Shown here piece by piece: positions 49,781 through 62,530 of a DNA stretch of 64,000 bases. Numbering within the stretch: the first letter of the stretch is position 1; each line of letters begins with the position of its first letter. The stretch is taken from assembly GCF_020745735.1 (NCBI RefSeq), contig NW_026867509.1:2208537-2272536 (forward strand), in the 5' to 3' direction. Under the pieces are notes generated by a model. It ran no database searches. It saw only the letters and a program-made list of their open reading frames with translations, and had not been told where the DNA came from. Origin of the DNA: Hemiscyllium ocellatum. Its lineage: Eukaryota. Position numbers and translations under genes: made by a program.

Positions 49781-51464
49781 ACATAAAACCCGTTTTCTAT
49801 TCTAAAGCAGCACGAATTGCTGCCAGGTTTAGTAAATGCAGGCTTCTTTTCAATCTGCCATCAGTACATTCAACATTCTCTATCACAACAAATGTTTGGC
49901 ACGTGGATCATTCTGGCGCCTGTCATTGTGTCTCACAGCCTGCAGAAATACACCGACCAGTCGACAGCCACAGTTCGCTGATGGTGACATTCCCCTCACG
50001 TTTCAAAATATGCAGACATGCAGAAAATCGATCGCCAATGCCCTCAGCTTTCAAACGGTTGCCATGCGGTGGGATGGAGGTAACTCTGCAGGGCCCTGAC
50101 AGTACAGTTGCAAAAAAATTAGTAGGTAGCAGACATCTAATAACTAATGTTAACTCTTACTAAGTTTTCTTAAATCTGAGTCTCTGTACTTGACTCGTGC
50201 ACACACGACCAAAACAGCATAAATTTAGATTTGAAAATCATTTTTTAGCGTTACATTTTAGAATCAATGTAATGGAACACATTGGAAGTGATGGGAGAGC
50301 ACAATAAAATAGCAAGTGGTCAGTGTCGCAGACAAGTGAGAATTATTACAGAGTTGAAAATGTACGTGTTAAAGAGAGTCGCAGCAGAATGAGGAAATAA
50401 TAATAGTCGAAATGTTTTCAGACCGAATGGTGGTTTTGAACAGAGAGAACTGAAGGTGGATTGTTTTAGTGCAGAGATAATGGCGCATTTGAATAGAGGG
50501 CGCTGACGATAAAATGTTGCACCTGAGAAGTTAGATGGGATCGGATTTTGCTTCATGGCTGCCAGCGTCAGTTGATGGAGTCCAATCAGATTTCAGCGTC
50601 TTGTACCACAATTCATGACGTCTGTACAAGGAGCGGGAATGACCTGAAATTGTTCACATTCCAGTGAACTGCAGATAATAATATTCCTCAGAACTGTCCC
50701 AATTGATTTTTTTTTCTTATCGTTTAACACAATTTGTCTCGCATAAAATCGGGGAGCAAGAAATTACTTAAGCAAACACGAAGAACAGTATGCTGCAAAG
50801 CGCTCAAGCACCGACAGCGAGGACATTAAATTGAGCTTGGTTCAATCTGTTAGCGAAATGCTTCTGGGACAACTCAGAAATTAAACTCCAGACTCCATTC
50901 CCTTTGTGGTATAGGCCAAAGTTCTACTCAATGTTCCTGTTACTCACTGTGATCATCTGCACGCACTGTACCTATTTGAGTTTGATACAATATGAACCAC
51001 ATCAATGGCACCTTCTTCAAAATGACCCTGGAGATGAATTGATGCTGTTGTAAGTTTAAATGGAGGTATTTGTCACTGTCCTCCTGGTGAGCTTCAACGT
51101 GTTTTAATGTCGAAGCAATTATACTCCAGCCGACAGTGGCACTGTGTCATGAAAAATAAAAAGACCAAAAAACCAGGAATGAAACCGTAACATTGTGAAT
51201 GAATTATTATTCCTCCGCACAATTTCTCCCCCACCACTGCTGCCAACACCTTCTGAGAAAGATTTCAGACAAATTTGTAGACGCTCCAGATGAACATTTG
51301 CAATGTTTTGAAATTCTACCAATGCGGACACAGAGACAGACAGACCAACAATGCACAGCGAAATACACACATATGAACGCATACTCAAAGAGACACCAAA
51401 ACGAATATGGACACAAAACCACAGTTATAACCCCCCACACATAAACGTGAACACGAGTGTGTGC

Positions 51465-51497
51465 ACGTGTGGACACACACACACACACACACACACA
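51465..51497. repeat. (CA)n microsatellite
   Basis: gacacacacacacacacacacacaca. Confidence 0.9.
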
Positions 51498-51739
51498 AAC
51501 GGACTGAAACACAAAGCGTGCATAAACAGGCATTTAGACATCGACACATGAATATTTATCCATCGTGTTGGAGAGTGAAAGATTTTTGTGGCAGAGGAAA
51601 ATGTCATTTCGAGCATCAATAAGTAGAATTTAATTAATCTAATCTCATCTTTCAACTCTTTGCCAATTGTCTTCTGTGGCTTGGCATCGCAATTCCACAC
51701 CTGAGCAAGTCTCAAATATTGTCATTTTTTTTGTACCTC

Positions 51740-53000
51740 TACCAAACTCAAGACAGTGAATTGCAGATTCCCAAACCCTCTGTCTGACCTAAAAGTACTC
51801 TTGTCTCCTCTAAACTTCCTGCTCCTTATCTAAATTCATGCAGCAGCCACTGACCTCTCCATTATTTGGAAACGTTCATTTCAGTCTATTCTATCTATGC
51901 CTTTCCAAATTTTTAAATTCTCAATTACACCTTCCCTCCAGTCTCCTTTGCTGCACGGAAAACAAGCTTAGTCTTTCCATGCTCTTTTCATGACTAAAAT
52001 ACTTGAACTCAATTCATATATGCAGGTCTACTCTCAATCCTCTGTAGTGCAAGACAATCGCTCTTAAAACTTGGATTAAATACCTGAACATAATAATATA
52101 GTTGCAATCGAATACAATCTTACACATTTCCGCCATTACCTCCCCGCTGTAAACGCGATGATTCATCTACTGAAGTCAAGATTCTCAGTTGCCATTGTCC
52201 CCTGTCCTACTACATTGAGGGACCATTGGATATATACTCTTAAATCCTTGTGGTAGGCAGAGCTTCTTAATGTTCTGTAGTTTGTCATGTGTCCCTTTGC
52301 TTGTTTGTCCTGTTACATTGATAATTTCATATTTGTTGGACTAAAGTCAATTTGCCTATGATCAGCTGGCCTGATGTACCCGTCGATCTCCTCCTGAAAT
52401 CGAAGACGAGCTTCTTCACTATTCATCAAAATTTAGATCTTCATATCATCCACGAACTGACGTTTTAAAATATAAACCACAAGAGAACGGTCTACAACAC
52501 TGTGGAACTCAAATGAACACAGGTTTCTGGTCAGATAAGGAAAAAAACACTCCAAACCATTAGCGTATTCTTCTTATTTTTCTCCAGAGTCGGAAACAAA
52601 TAGTTCAATTTCCTTATATTCCATAGGCTTTTATCCTTGCCTCCCATGGATCTTTTTCTTGCTATCAATCTCTCATGAGGGAACTTGTTATAAGCCTTGC
52701 TAAGGTGTAAGTAGTGTCTGTCAAATGCATTGTCCTCATCTGCACTCCTGGTCACCTATTCGAAAACCTCAATCAAGTTGGTCAGTCACGTGTTTCCCTT
52801 CAGAGCACAATGCTGTCTGTTCTTAAATAATCTGTACCTCTGCAAGTGCGTATTACTCGAATCTCTCAGAATTGTATCATAGATTTTATCCATCAGTGAG
52901 GTTAGCTGGTCTGCACTTTCCGAATCAATGCCTTCTTTATCCATGTCCTACTTAGGCCATAACGTGGTGCCCTGTTGTCCATGCGAATCCCTAGCTGTGT
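51740..53000 (-). mobile_element. CR1-type LINE fragment, old
   Basis: HLSKAYNKFPHERL (52531-52755) and patchy similarity to other CR1 copies. Confidence 0.55.
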
Positions 53001-53559
53001 GTGAATTTCTCTCCTGGCATTTAGCTGGAATAGTGACTACCATTTCATATTTGTCACTCTCCTGTTACATTCTCTGTATACTACTCAGTTCTTATTACAT
53101 TCTGATATATCTTTATCGGTGCTTCACTTTTAATCCATTTTTCCAGTGCATTCTCTCTATGTCCGTGTAATCAGCATCACTTTGATTTGAGAGATCATAA
53201 TTTATAAAACATCACCCGCAGATGACAGCCTTTAATCTCAATTACACTCGTGTTCTGATCAATTGCAAGGTGCTGAAAAGAACTTCCACAACAAGACAGA
53301 TATATTGAGTGATTTCAGTGAAGTAGAATTAGTTTGGGCTTTAAATTATGCTTTTGATAACATAACATTAAGTGTGAATCATATTCCTGCGGAAGTGGTG
53401 CCTATCTCAGCTCAGCCAGACCAGGTGAGGAAAAAATCTTTCTTCTCTGAAGGACTTTAGTGAACCAAAAGGCTGTTTTTTTTTTCACAAGTATTTGTTG
53501 GACATCATTACTTCTTGGTCTTCGTATTTTGGAAAGTGTAATTTCCAACATGGTACCTG

Positions 53560-54500
53560 ACCCTCATGTGGGGAATGTGGTTTGATGGTCTGTATTTTGA
53601 ATACAACAGTTTGTTGGGTCACAAGACTTTGCTATTGGCGACAATAATCGGGGTTGGTGTACGTGGATATTATGGGGGCACACGTTGACATGGAATACGA
53701 TAAACTATCACAAAATGAAGTAGTGAAGCATTGAATGAAGAGTCTTGAGAGTAAGAAAACTGGGAATTTGTGAAAATGCTTATCATGGATGGGAGTTTAG
53801 TAACAGTAACTACCTCAGTGTGTATCAAGTCTTTGAGATTCTGCATGTAAATTTGCACGCTGAGCTGGAAGATTCGTTTTCAGACGTTTTGTCACCATGC
53901 TAGGTAACATAATCAGTGAGCCTTACCTGGGGCACGGGTGTTTGGGACCCCCTTTCTATTTGTGTGTTTAGTTTTCTGTGGATTGATGATGTAATTTCCG
54001 GCAGTGATGTCATTTGCTATGTTGATGTCATTTCCTGCTCTTTCTTCTCAGAATGTGGTAAATGGTGTCCAAGTCCATGTGTTTGTTGACAGCTTTCCAG
54101 TTGGAATGTTATGCTTCTTGACATTCTCTTTCACATCTCTTTTGGCTTGTCCTAGGATGGACGTATTGATCCCCCCGAAGGAGTGTTCTTCCCGATCTGT
54201 ATGAGTTGGGAGTTGGTCATGATTTTTGTGGCTACTTGATGCTCATGTGCCTTGATGGCTAATTGTCTGCCTGTTGGTCCATTGCAGTGTTTGTTACAGT
54301 TCTTGTCAGGTATTTTGTAAATGACATCGGTTTTGCTTGTTGTCCGTATTGTGTCTTCCAAGTTCATTAGCTGCTGTTTTAATATGTTGTGTGTCTGTGG
54401 GCTACCATGACGCCAACACGTCTGAATAGTCTGTCACTCACTTCTGAGATGTCTTTGATGTACGGGAGAGTAACTCGCTCAGTCTACGAAAGCCAATCCT
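53560..54500 (-). mobile_element. PLE 3' fragment (GIY-YIG), decayed
   Basis: KTDVIYKIPDKNCNKHCNGPTGRQLAIKAHEHQVATK (54152-54367), a relative of the 19-21 kb family. Confidence 0.8.
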
Positions 54501-55863
54501 TCTCCTTGCACTCGCAGGAAATTACTAATGGTACATAGCAGTGAGATGGAAGCACCAGAGATAAGATGTGAGCTTAGGGAAGGTACGATTTTGGAATAGG
54601 TGTCTTCAAATGTCTGGAATCCTCTGCTACACAGAGGACTTCAACCATGTCACAACTTGGGATCTGGTTTGTTTGGGGAGTACTTTGAACAGGCAACAAT
54701 AGAGGAAATACATTTCACATTTCTTTTCAAGTTGTATTATAAACTAGCCCCTGTCAGAAGCGGTGAATTCCTCCCTTGAGTTATTTCCTCACCCAGGTGA
54801 AATAAGTTGAAGTACTACAATATTTCTCGTACTGAAAACCATGTTTGTCAATATCGATAATAATAATATACCCCAATACGCCAATGGGCGGTGCACCTGC
54901 ACCTTTAGGTAATTCATTCATAAAAAGAGCGAAATGACAATCAGAGACTGTGAATGCACAAATGAATTGAACAGCAAAACTTTGGCCAAATGCATAGTTT
55001 CTGCCTTCCACAAAAAGAAAATTAATTAAAAAAACAAGCATATGACACTAAGAGTTAGTAGAAATAAATGAATGTTTAATGTGATATTCTGCAGCCCAGT
55101 CACTGGACTGTATATGTCAAAATAGCTTTTTCTCCAAAATGCTCCCAGACGTGTTGAGTTTCTCCAGAAATTTGCATTTTTGAGAATTTATTCTTGATTA
55201 TTTGAATAAGGATGCAGAAAGAAATAATTCTGATGCAGAAACTGCAGAAGAAGCTGATTATGTTGTTACTGTGTTAAAGAATCCGAGGTTTATCAACAGG
55301 TGAGTCAACGTAAAAGATGCAGACTAAACAATATACAGCACACACCATTCCTAAGGACACAGTTCAAACAGATGTACTGGGTTATGTGTCTTCTTGAAGA
55401 TCACATTACTCCGCAGGCTGTCGTGATGTGAAGAATGGGATGGGCAGATAAGATATCTCCATAAAAGGAAAGAACGGCAAGCAGGGAGACAATGATGAGG
55501 GAAGTCTGGAAGGAAGTCTGTGAACAAGGAATGATGAGATAGGAAAATGAAAGAAAGAAGAAAACAGTATGGGAAAGTAATGAATAAATAAATACTGCCT
55601 TGGAGCAGACGAATGAAGATTAGGAGAAGTGAGAGTGGTTCTAAAGCAAAAGTTCGCTTCTTGCCCAGTAGTAAATCAATTCCAATAGTTGGGCATTCCC
55701 TCAGGCTTTGCCTTGGATATCTATTAAGCAGGGGAATGGGCTTTATATAACGTTACGTATCTTGTTTCTGTCCATTAAATTGCTGCTTCAGAATGGATAA
55801 AGGAGCTGTGCACACTGGGCAACTTTGATGGGAAAGAATCAAATGAAGTGATTTCCAAATCCC

Positions 55864-58135
55864 TCATCGTTTAAAGGACCTGGCGAGCGTGACAAAGGGG
55901 TATATCAGAATTTTCTTCATCTGTTTTCGAAACAAGTTCTGAGAGACCATATAGATGAAGACGTTGTTGCAAGAACTAAGTAACTGGAGTGTATTGGTCG
56001 TCTCTTCTAAGATATACAACGGGTCACTGAAATCCAGCCCATTAAAGTAACTCTCATCTTTAATCCGCACATATATAAAATGTACGAGAAGAGGAGACCA
56101 CATGAGGAGGAAGCTTAAAGAGATGGCAAAAAGTAAGGCAATGGACCTCTGGCGATGAGCCATCTCTGGATCTTGTCCCTTAGTAGCACCACAGAGCCTC
56201 CTGCGGGCCCTGTTGGCCGCTAGGATGTGTCTTATGGTCAGGACGTTGAGCAACAGAATGAGGAAGAACGGGAGAAAAGGGTTCAAGACCCGAAACAACC
56301 AATCATAAAACTGCCAGACCGGCCAGGTATAGAAGTGCGCTTTGACGTTACAAAACCAGGGCACCCCGTCCAAAATGAACAAGGGCTGAAATGCAAGGTA
56401 GAAAGGAGCGTTCTTGATGCAACTCACGACACAGGTCATTCCAATAACGAGCGATGCAGTTTTCTTGGTGCAGTATCTTGTCTTCAGTCTCTGATAGCAG
56501 ATGGCCACAAAACGGTCGATGGTAAAGGCGACTGTCAGCCAGACCGAACAATCGAGGGTAACATAGACCAATACGACACTGAGAGTGCACACAGGAGTGG
56601 TGGACAAGAAACTTTGCCGAAATTAGATGCGGCTGATTCGATTGAGGATAACTGCAGTGGTGATGACAAGGAAGTCACTCACCGCGATTGCCACCAGGTA
56701 GTAGGTGATGCATCGGGAGAGACCGCATCTTCCATGAGATAGAATTATGATTGCCAGCAAGTTGGCTGTGATAAATCAAAAGAGAGTGTCAGTAATGAAT
56801 TAGTCAAAGCACCGGCTGTTGACATATGCATTTTTTTTAATGAAACAGTCTTTGAACATAAACCTGCCATCCCTAATCTCTGCCTGTTTTGAAATAATTG
56901 TCAAGTGTTGTTCAACACATGCAGCATCAAATATCTGTCAATACACCTGACGAAGGAATAGCACTTCAAATTCTTGTCATTTCAAGTAAACCCGTTGGGC
57001 TATAACCTGGGGTCATGTCAGTTTTGTCTTTCTCCACTCCAACCCAACACCGCATCTCCACATCAACTGTCAGTGTGATCAGCTCAGGAATAAACATCGC
57101 TCTCCTGTCACTGAGTTAAGGCCAGGAGCTACTAGTTCAATTCGGGATAAACAGCACAATGTGGTTGCCATGAAATTATTCATAGCAAGCATAGGCCAAT
57201 CTTTAATCCATAAATATTGGCCGACTTCGGCTGCTCACCAGTGGTGTCTCAACCTTCACAATCACATGCTTCAATTTTTCTGAAGCACCAGCATCTGGCC
57301 ATTGCCTTAACATCATACATCTGTCTGTAATCTAATGTTAACTTATTCTATCTTCTGTTCCTTCCTCAAATTAATATCGCGAATTGTGTTGATTATAAGT
57401 GTATTGAGTAACCCCCCCCCCCCCCCCCCCCCAAATTGATGGAACATTCACCTGAGCAGCTCGGTTTCTGCTCTCTTCTTACGACGTTCATTTGAACAAA
57501 ACAATGGTATCGTCCATTGGGTACTCAATACCCTATTACATCATTCCAGAGCACATAGTGAAAATTTTGTTAATCAATGAATGTTCGTTTTTTTTTTACA
57601 AAACATCTCCTTAAATTCTACCACAAACTATTGTTCTATTCAGATACTGCAATGAAAGCCATACACACGGTGATAAACAATTCATCCTTCATTCAACTAG
57701 ATTGCATTTCACCGATTGGGACTGGACCTTAAACTGTGACAATATTACACCTTAATGTTCATGCATTGTCATTCACCACAAATTTCGGTTCAGCGTCTCA
57801 TAGTTTTTTATTTTCTATAAGTGCACAGCATGCAAAATGGAAGAACACAATTCCCTACGTTATAATGAAATTGGAAGTAATTTACGATTATTTTTCAGAG
57901 CACAGATGTTATTTACTACTTTATTATATAGATTGGAGACCCATTGAAGGTCCTTAAAATTAAACAGTTGCATATTGGAAAAATTCTACCGAATCCTGGA
58001 AGGAAAAGAAATAAACTGGAAATACACGATAAGGTAATCGATTTTTTCGAGAAGCGGTGACTTACCAGGACCACCAACAGCAGCGAGAATTGAAAAGCGA
58101 ATTACAAAGAAGGGGACAATGACTGCCTCATGCAT
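55864..58135 (-). pseudogene. GPR139-like: GPR139/142-like class A GPCR, two coding exons (58135-58066, 56765-55864), one in-frame TAA at 56623-56625
   Basis: Exon 1 MHEAVIVPFFVIRFSILAAVGGP|GTAAGT; acceptor TCACAG|; exon 2 ANLLAIIILSHGRCGLSRCITYYLVAIAVSDFL...RISRI*FRQ...VWLTVAFTIDRFVAIC...LNVLTIRHILAANRARRRL...SSCNNVFIYMVSQ. Seven hydrophobic segments. Confidence 0.9.
57412..57432. repeat. C21 homopolymer in the GPCR intron
   Basis: 21 consecutive C. Confidence 0.95.
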
Positions 58136-58752
58136 CTTCGTTCAGAAACTGCAGGAGTTGTTGTCTATGTGGAGGGTTGCTCTGTGACATATTCAAATGG
58201 CCCCTCATTTATTCAGAGTGATAGTCGCACGAGGGACAATTAAGTACAGCACGCAGCTTACTTACATTTCTTTGAACAAAGAGATTACGTCACTGCTCAT
58301 GCCTTCCAACAAGGCGAATAACTGTATTTCCCTTGGTGACAGGCTCACATTGCACAAAATATGTCTTTCAGTACTGATTCCGCTGATGGTAAACACTTAT
58401 TTGAGCCTCTTTCTTCTTCCCATTTCTGCCATTTCCCAGATTTTTCTTCATTTTAAGCGTCAATTTACTTCATCTTATATGTGTTTCACTGCCTAATACT
58501 TTAACACTTCTGCAACATTTCCATAAATTTACAGTTGAAGGTTTGGAAAATCACATTTAAGAAACAAACGACCTCAACATTGTGCCGACTATCAAATGCA
58601 AATTTAAGTAACGTTGAATCTGAAAAATTCATCATTTGATCAAATGAATCACAAGTGCAAGAAGGCGTTCAAATGCTGAAGGTTCTGTCGAGCGGTTCTG
58701 CTGCAAAAACAGTTGACCATTTTCAATACTTAACATAACGAGAGAAACATCA

Positions 58753-59010
58753 GGTTAAAGTGTGATGGGAAGTTTGCTTCAAAGTGTAGTGCCAAGTTCA
58801 TCGACTACACAGGCATGGTTAATTTATTGCAGGAAGCGTCGTATCGTTGTGCATTAGCAAATGAGATGAAACCATTTACAGTTTTCAGAGGTCTTGTAAC
58901 ATTAAAAGAATCGCGTATCATTTTATCCAGAATTACGAACGTCAAGGTTCTAAACGATTTCACACACGATCGAAACCAATAAATAGTATGTGAACATATA
59001 GTGCCATCAA
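58753..59010 (-). pseudogene. Probable decayed TCR V with degenerate 23-RSS
   Basis: ICSHTIYWFR...IRDSFNVTRPLKT..FISFANAQRYDAS; CACTACA + 23 nt + ACTTTAACC at 58791-58753. Confidence 0.4.
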
Positions 59011-59909
59011 CACGCTGCAGAGAAAGAACAACTAAGATAGGGCCTGGTTTAATAAAAACAGAGATGTGGTGCAGCTTATCACGAACAGAGACAGGTTGCA
59101 ACATAATGTGAGCAAAAATGATAGAAATTAAGCAGTGAAACTAAGCATAAACATGAACACATACTATTCGTTCATTCACCATCTAGTCTCATGGAAATAA
59201 ATAGATGAACTGTTTGAAAAATAACTGTGGAATGATAGAAAGTATAAAATAAACAGAGACAGAAACTGATTTCGTAAACATTGCAATTGCACAACCAATG
59301 GTAGGATCTTTTGCATTTAATAATTGTGTTCTTAGTATGTTCATCAAGGAGGCACGTATTGGATACATTACAACCAGAGTCTGCTGAAACAGTGAGCAGA
59401 CTTAGATGCAAAATATTCCAGATAGAAAATTGTGAATGTCTGAATCCTATAAGGGTGTAACACTGGCATAAACATTAGTTCCAATTTAAAAAAAAACTGA
59501 TGAAGGAGAAAGATCGAGTAAGGTAATATTTAGTACCTGGGGAAGTAACAATGGAGTCATAGCCAGAACGGCATTTGAGTTGACAGGCATCAGCAAGATA
59601 ATAATGAGGTCTAGTAACTCACGAACAAGGATGGGGTCGCATCTATAATTCAAATAATTTAAGATTTTTCTGTCATATTCAAAATCTGTTCATCGTGTCC
59701 AAGAAGTTCATTCATGTGCCAAAGTTCTATGTTTCTGCAGTGCATTGTGTAGATTCTGTTACTGAGTATGTATGACACAGGGAGAGATGTTTTGTGGAGG
59801 CAGTGCTCATCCAGTTGACTCCATTTTACTGAATGACAACGAACTTATCGGTTATCTGACAGCTCTTTCAGTGATCTGTGAACTCCATGTGTAATTCCCA
59901 GCGTGTTCA

Positions 59910-59948
59910 GGATTTTGTGCAGCTCTCTCCGTACTGCGTACAACTGTC
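59910..59948 (-). other. 23-RSS with mutated heptamer
   Basis: GACAGTT + 23 nt + ACAAAATCC. Confidence 0.7.
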
Positions 59949-60278
59949 TGTGCTGAACGCCGACTCAGTATATAATAATACACACACGTGTGATTTGCTT
60001 GTTTTTGTGAGATCATTGACCAACCGATTTTCACTGCAGGATCAATGGAAGCAGAAATTCGTATGCCTGCATCATTTTCTTTATTCTGCTCTCCTGACGT
60101 GAGTCTTTGAGAGTTTTCTTGGGACTGACAGTACCATTAAACTGTGTACAGACAGATCCCTGAATAATCACAGCTTAAAGTAACGGTGTCATCGGCAGGA
60201 GATTTTTTAGGGGTGGACCCAGAGAAACCAGGGAACAGGAATATTTAGGATGACATTCAGCATCATCACTTATTCATC
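59949..60278 (-). pseudogene. TCR V pseudogene
   Basis: Acceptor ttttctcctttcaacacag| at 60279; DDTVTLSCDYSGICLYTV*WYCQ...RISASIDPAVK...VYYYILSRRSA. Contains a stop and Cys104>Tyr. Confidence 0.8.
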
Positions 60279-60749
60279 CTGTGTTGAAAGGAGAAAATGC
60301 AAAACACAGGAATTTTTCTGTTCATTTTCTTGATGTTATAATTTAATATGTTCTGTTTTGTTTAAACATAAACTAACGAGGTGATGAGGTGACGTTTTGT
60401 TTTACATATCTTCTTATGATGTGCAATACGTTGCCAAAACATGTCTTCGAAACTGATTCAAAAGTGATGTTTAAATGTGTTATTGGCACGTCAAAACCCT
60501 TTGATGAGAATGATGTTGAAGCGTTCTTTATTCCATTGGAATAATTGGCTAGGCAGATGGAGTGGTCCCAGGGTTCATGGGTAATGCTTTTTCAGACCAA
60601 ACTGGCAGGCAGAACTCGTGAGATAACTGCTGCGCTGTCAGTTGAGGGGTCAGTCTCTGAAGACAAAGAATCCAAAAACAAAGCAAATTTACAGCTTAGA
60701 AACAGGTCTGTCAGACCTCCAAGCCTGAGCCTCTCTAAATGTCCTGCCT

Positions 60750-62530
60750 AAACCTGAAGGTCAATTCCTGAAAAACTGTATCCCTTTACTCCCCACCTAC
60801 TCATGCATCTGTCCAGTCGCATCTTAAATGAGTCTGCCGTGCCTGCCTCTACCACTTCTGCTGGCAACGCGTTCCAGACACCCACCACTCTTTCTGTGAA
60901 GTACTTGCCGCGTGTAATCCCTTTAAACTTTCCACCTCTCATCTTGAACGCGTGACCTCTCGTTATTGAATCCTTCGGCCTGGGAAAACGCTTGTCTCTA
61001 TCCGCCCTGTCTATACCCTTCATGATTTTGTAATCCTCAATCAGGTCCCCCATCAATCTATTTTTTTTCTAATGAACATAAACCTAACCTCTCTTCATAG
61101 CTAGCACTTACCATACCAGGCAACATTCTCGTAAACCATCTCTGCAACCTCGCCAAAGCGTCCACATTCTTTTGTAATGTGGAGACCAGAACTGTACACA
61201 GTATTCTAAATGCGGCCGAACCAATATCTTATACAATTTTAACATGACTTGCCAGCTCTTATACTCAATATCCAGTCCAATGAAGGCAAGCATACTATAT
61301 GCCTTCTTGACCACCCTATCCACCTGTGCAGCAACCTTCAGGGTACAATGGACCTGCACTCCCAAATCTCTCTGCTCATCAACTTTTCCCAAGGCTCTTC
61401 CATTCATTGTAGAATTCGCTCTAGAATTAGTCTTGCCTAAATTCATCACCTCACATTTGTTTGGATTGAATACCATCGGCCACTTTTCCGCCCAACTCTC
61501 CAGCCTGTCTGTATCCTCCTGTATTCTCTGACAGTCCCTTATGCTTTCTGCTACTTCTGAAATCTTTGTGTCCTCTGCAAGTTTGCTGATCATGCCAACA
61601 GTGCCCATTCCAGATCATTTATGTACATCACAAACAACAGTGACCCCAACACTGACCCCTGTGGAACACCATTTGTCACCTTTCTACTTTTCGAGAAACT
61701 CCCTTCAACTACTACTCTCTGTCTCCTGTTGCTCACCCAGTTCTTTATCCAACTAGCGAGAGCACCTGCACACCATGTGATTTCACTTTCTCTATTAGTC
61801 TACCATGGGGAACCTTATCAAACGTCTTTATAAAGTTAATGTATCTGACATGAACAGCCGTTCCTTCATCCATCAACTTGGTCACTTCCTCGAAGAACTC
61901 TATTAATTTGGTAATGCACGATCTCCCCGCACAAAACCCTGTTGCCTGTCACTGATTAACCTATTCCTTTCTAAATATAAATAGTTCCTATCCCTCACTA
62001 TCTTCTGCAGCAACTTTCCCACCACCGACGTCAGGCTCATTGGTCTGTAGTTACCCAGAATATCCCAACTACCCTTCTTGTACAAGGGGACAGCATGATC
62101 AACCTTCCAGTCCTCCAGCACCTCACTTGTATTTCAGGATGCCACAAAGATATCTGTCAGGGACCCAGCTGTTTCCTCTCTCGCCTCCCTCAGCAACCTG
62201 TGATAGATCCCATCCGGTCCTGGGGATTTGTCTACTTTGATAATCTCTCGCTGAACCAACACATCTTCCCTGCTTATGTCAACGTGATCCAGACTCATAA
62301 AAATTTTTATCTCTAATATCAAGACGCATCATGTTCCTCTCCTCAGTGAACACTGATGCAAAGTAACCATTCACAATCTCAGCCATTCTCTCAGGTTCGG
62401 CACACAGCCTTACTTCATTATCCTTAAGTGGAACAATCCTTTCCCTAGTTACTCGCTTGCTTCTTATATAAGAACAAAATGCTTTGGAATTCTCCTTAAT
62501 TCTGCTTGCTAAAGCTATTTCATAACCCTT
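60750..62530 (-). mobile_element. CR1/HER1-type LINE 3' 1.8 kb, relatively young
   Basis: DKSPGPDGIYHRLLREAREE, GNYRPMSLTSVVGKLL, ISKLAEDTKI, LVRPHLEYCVQFWSPHY, KYFTERVVGVWNALP. Confidence 0.92.

Noticed and set aside
50380-50700. WYKTL...HYLCT on the minus strand
   Set aside because: Trp-Cys distance is 46 codons versus ~54 in the real V genes here, and there is no RSS.
54781-55041. ORF with GQS.AVQFICAFTVS..GAP resembling FR1/FR2
   Set aside because: No Trp41, YYC or RSS; similarity too weak.
60000-60038. Internal RSS-like TGCAGTG-23-ACAAAAACA on the minus strand
   Set aside because: It lacks the essential CAC and lies inside FR3 of the V pseudogene, whose real RSS is at 59910-59948; likely coincidence.
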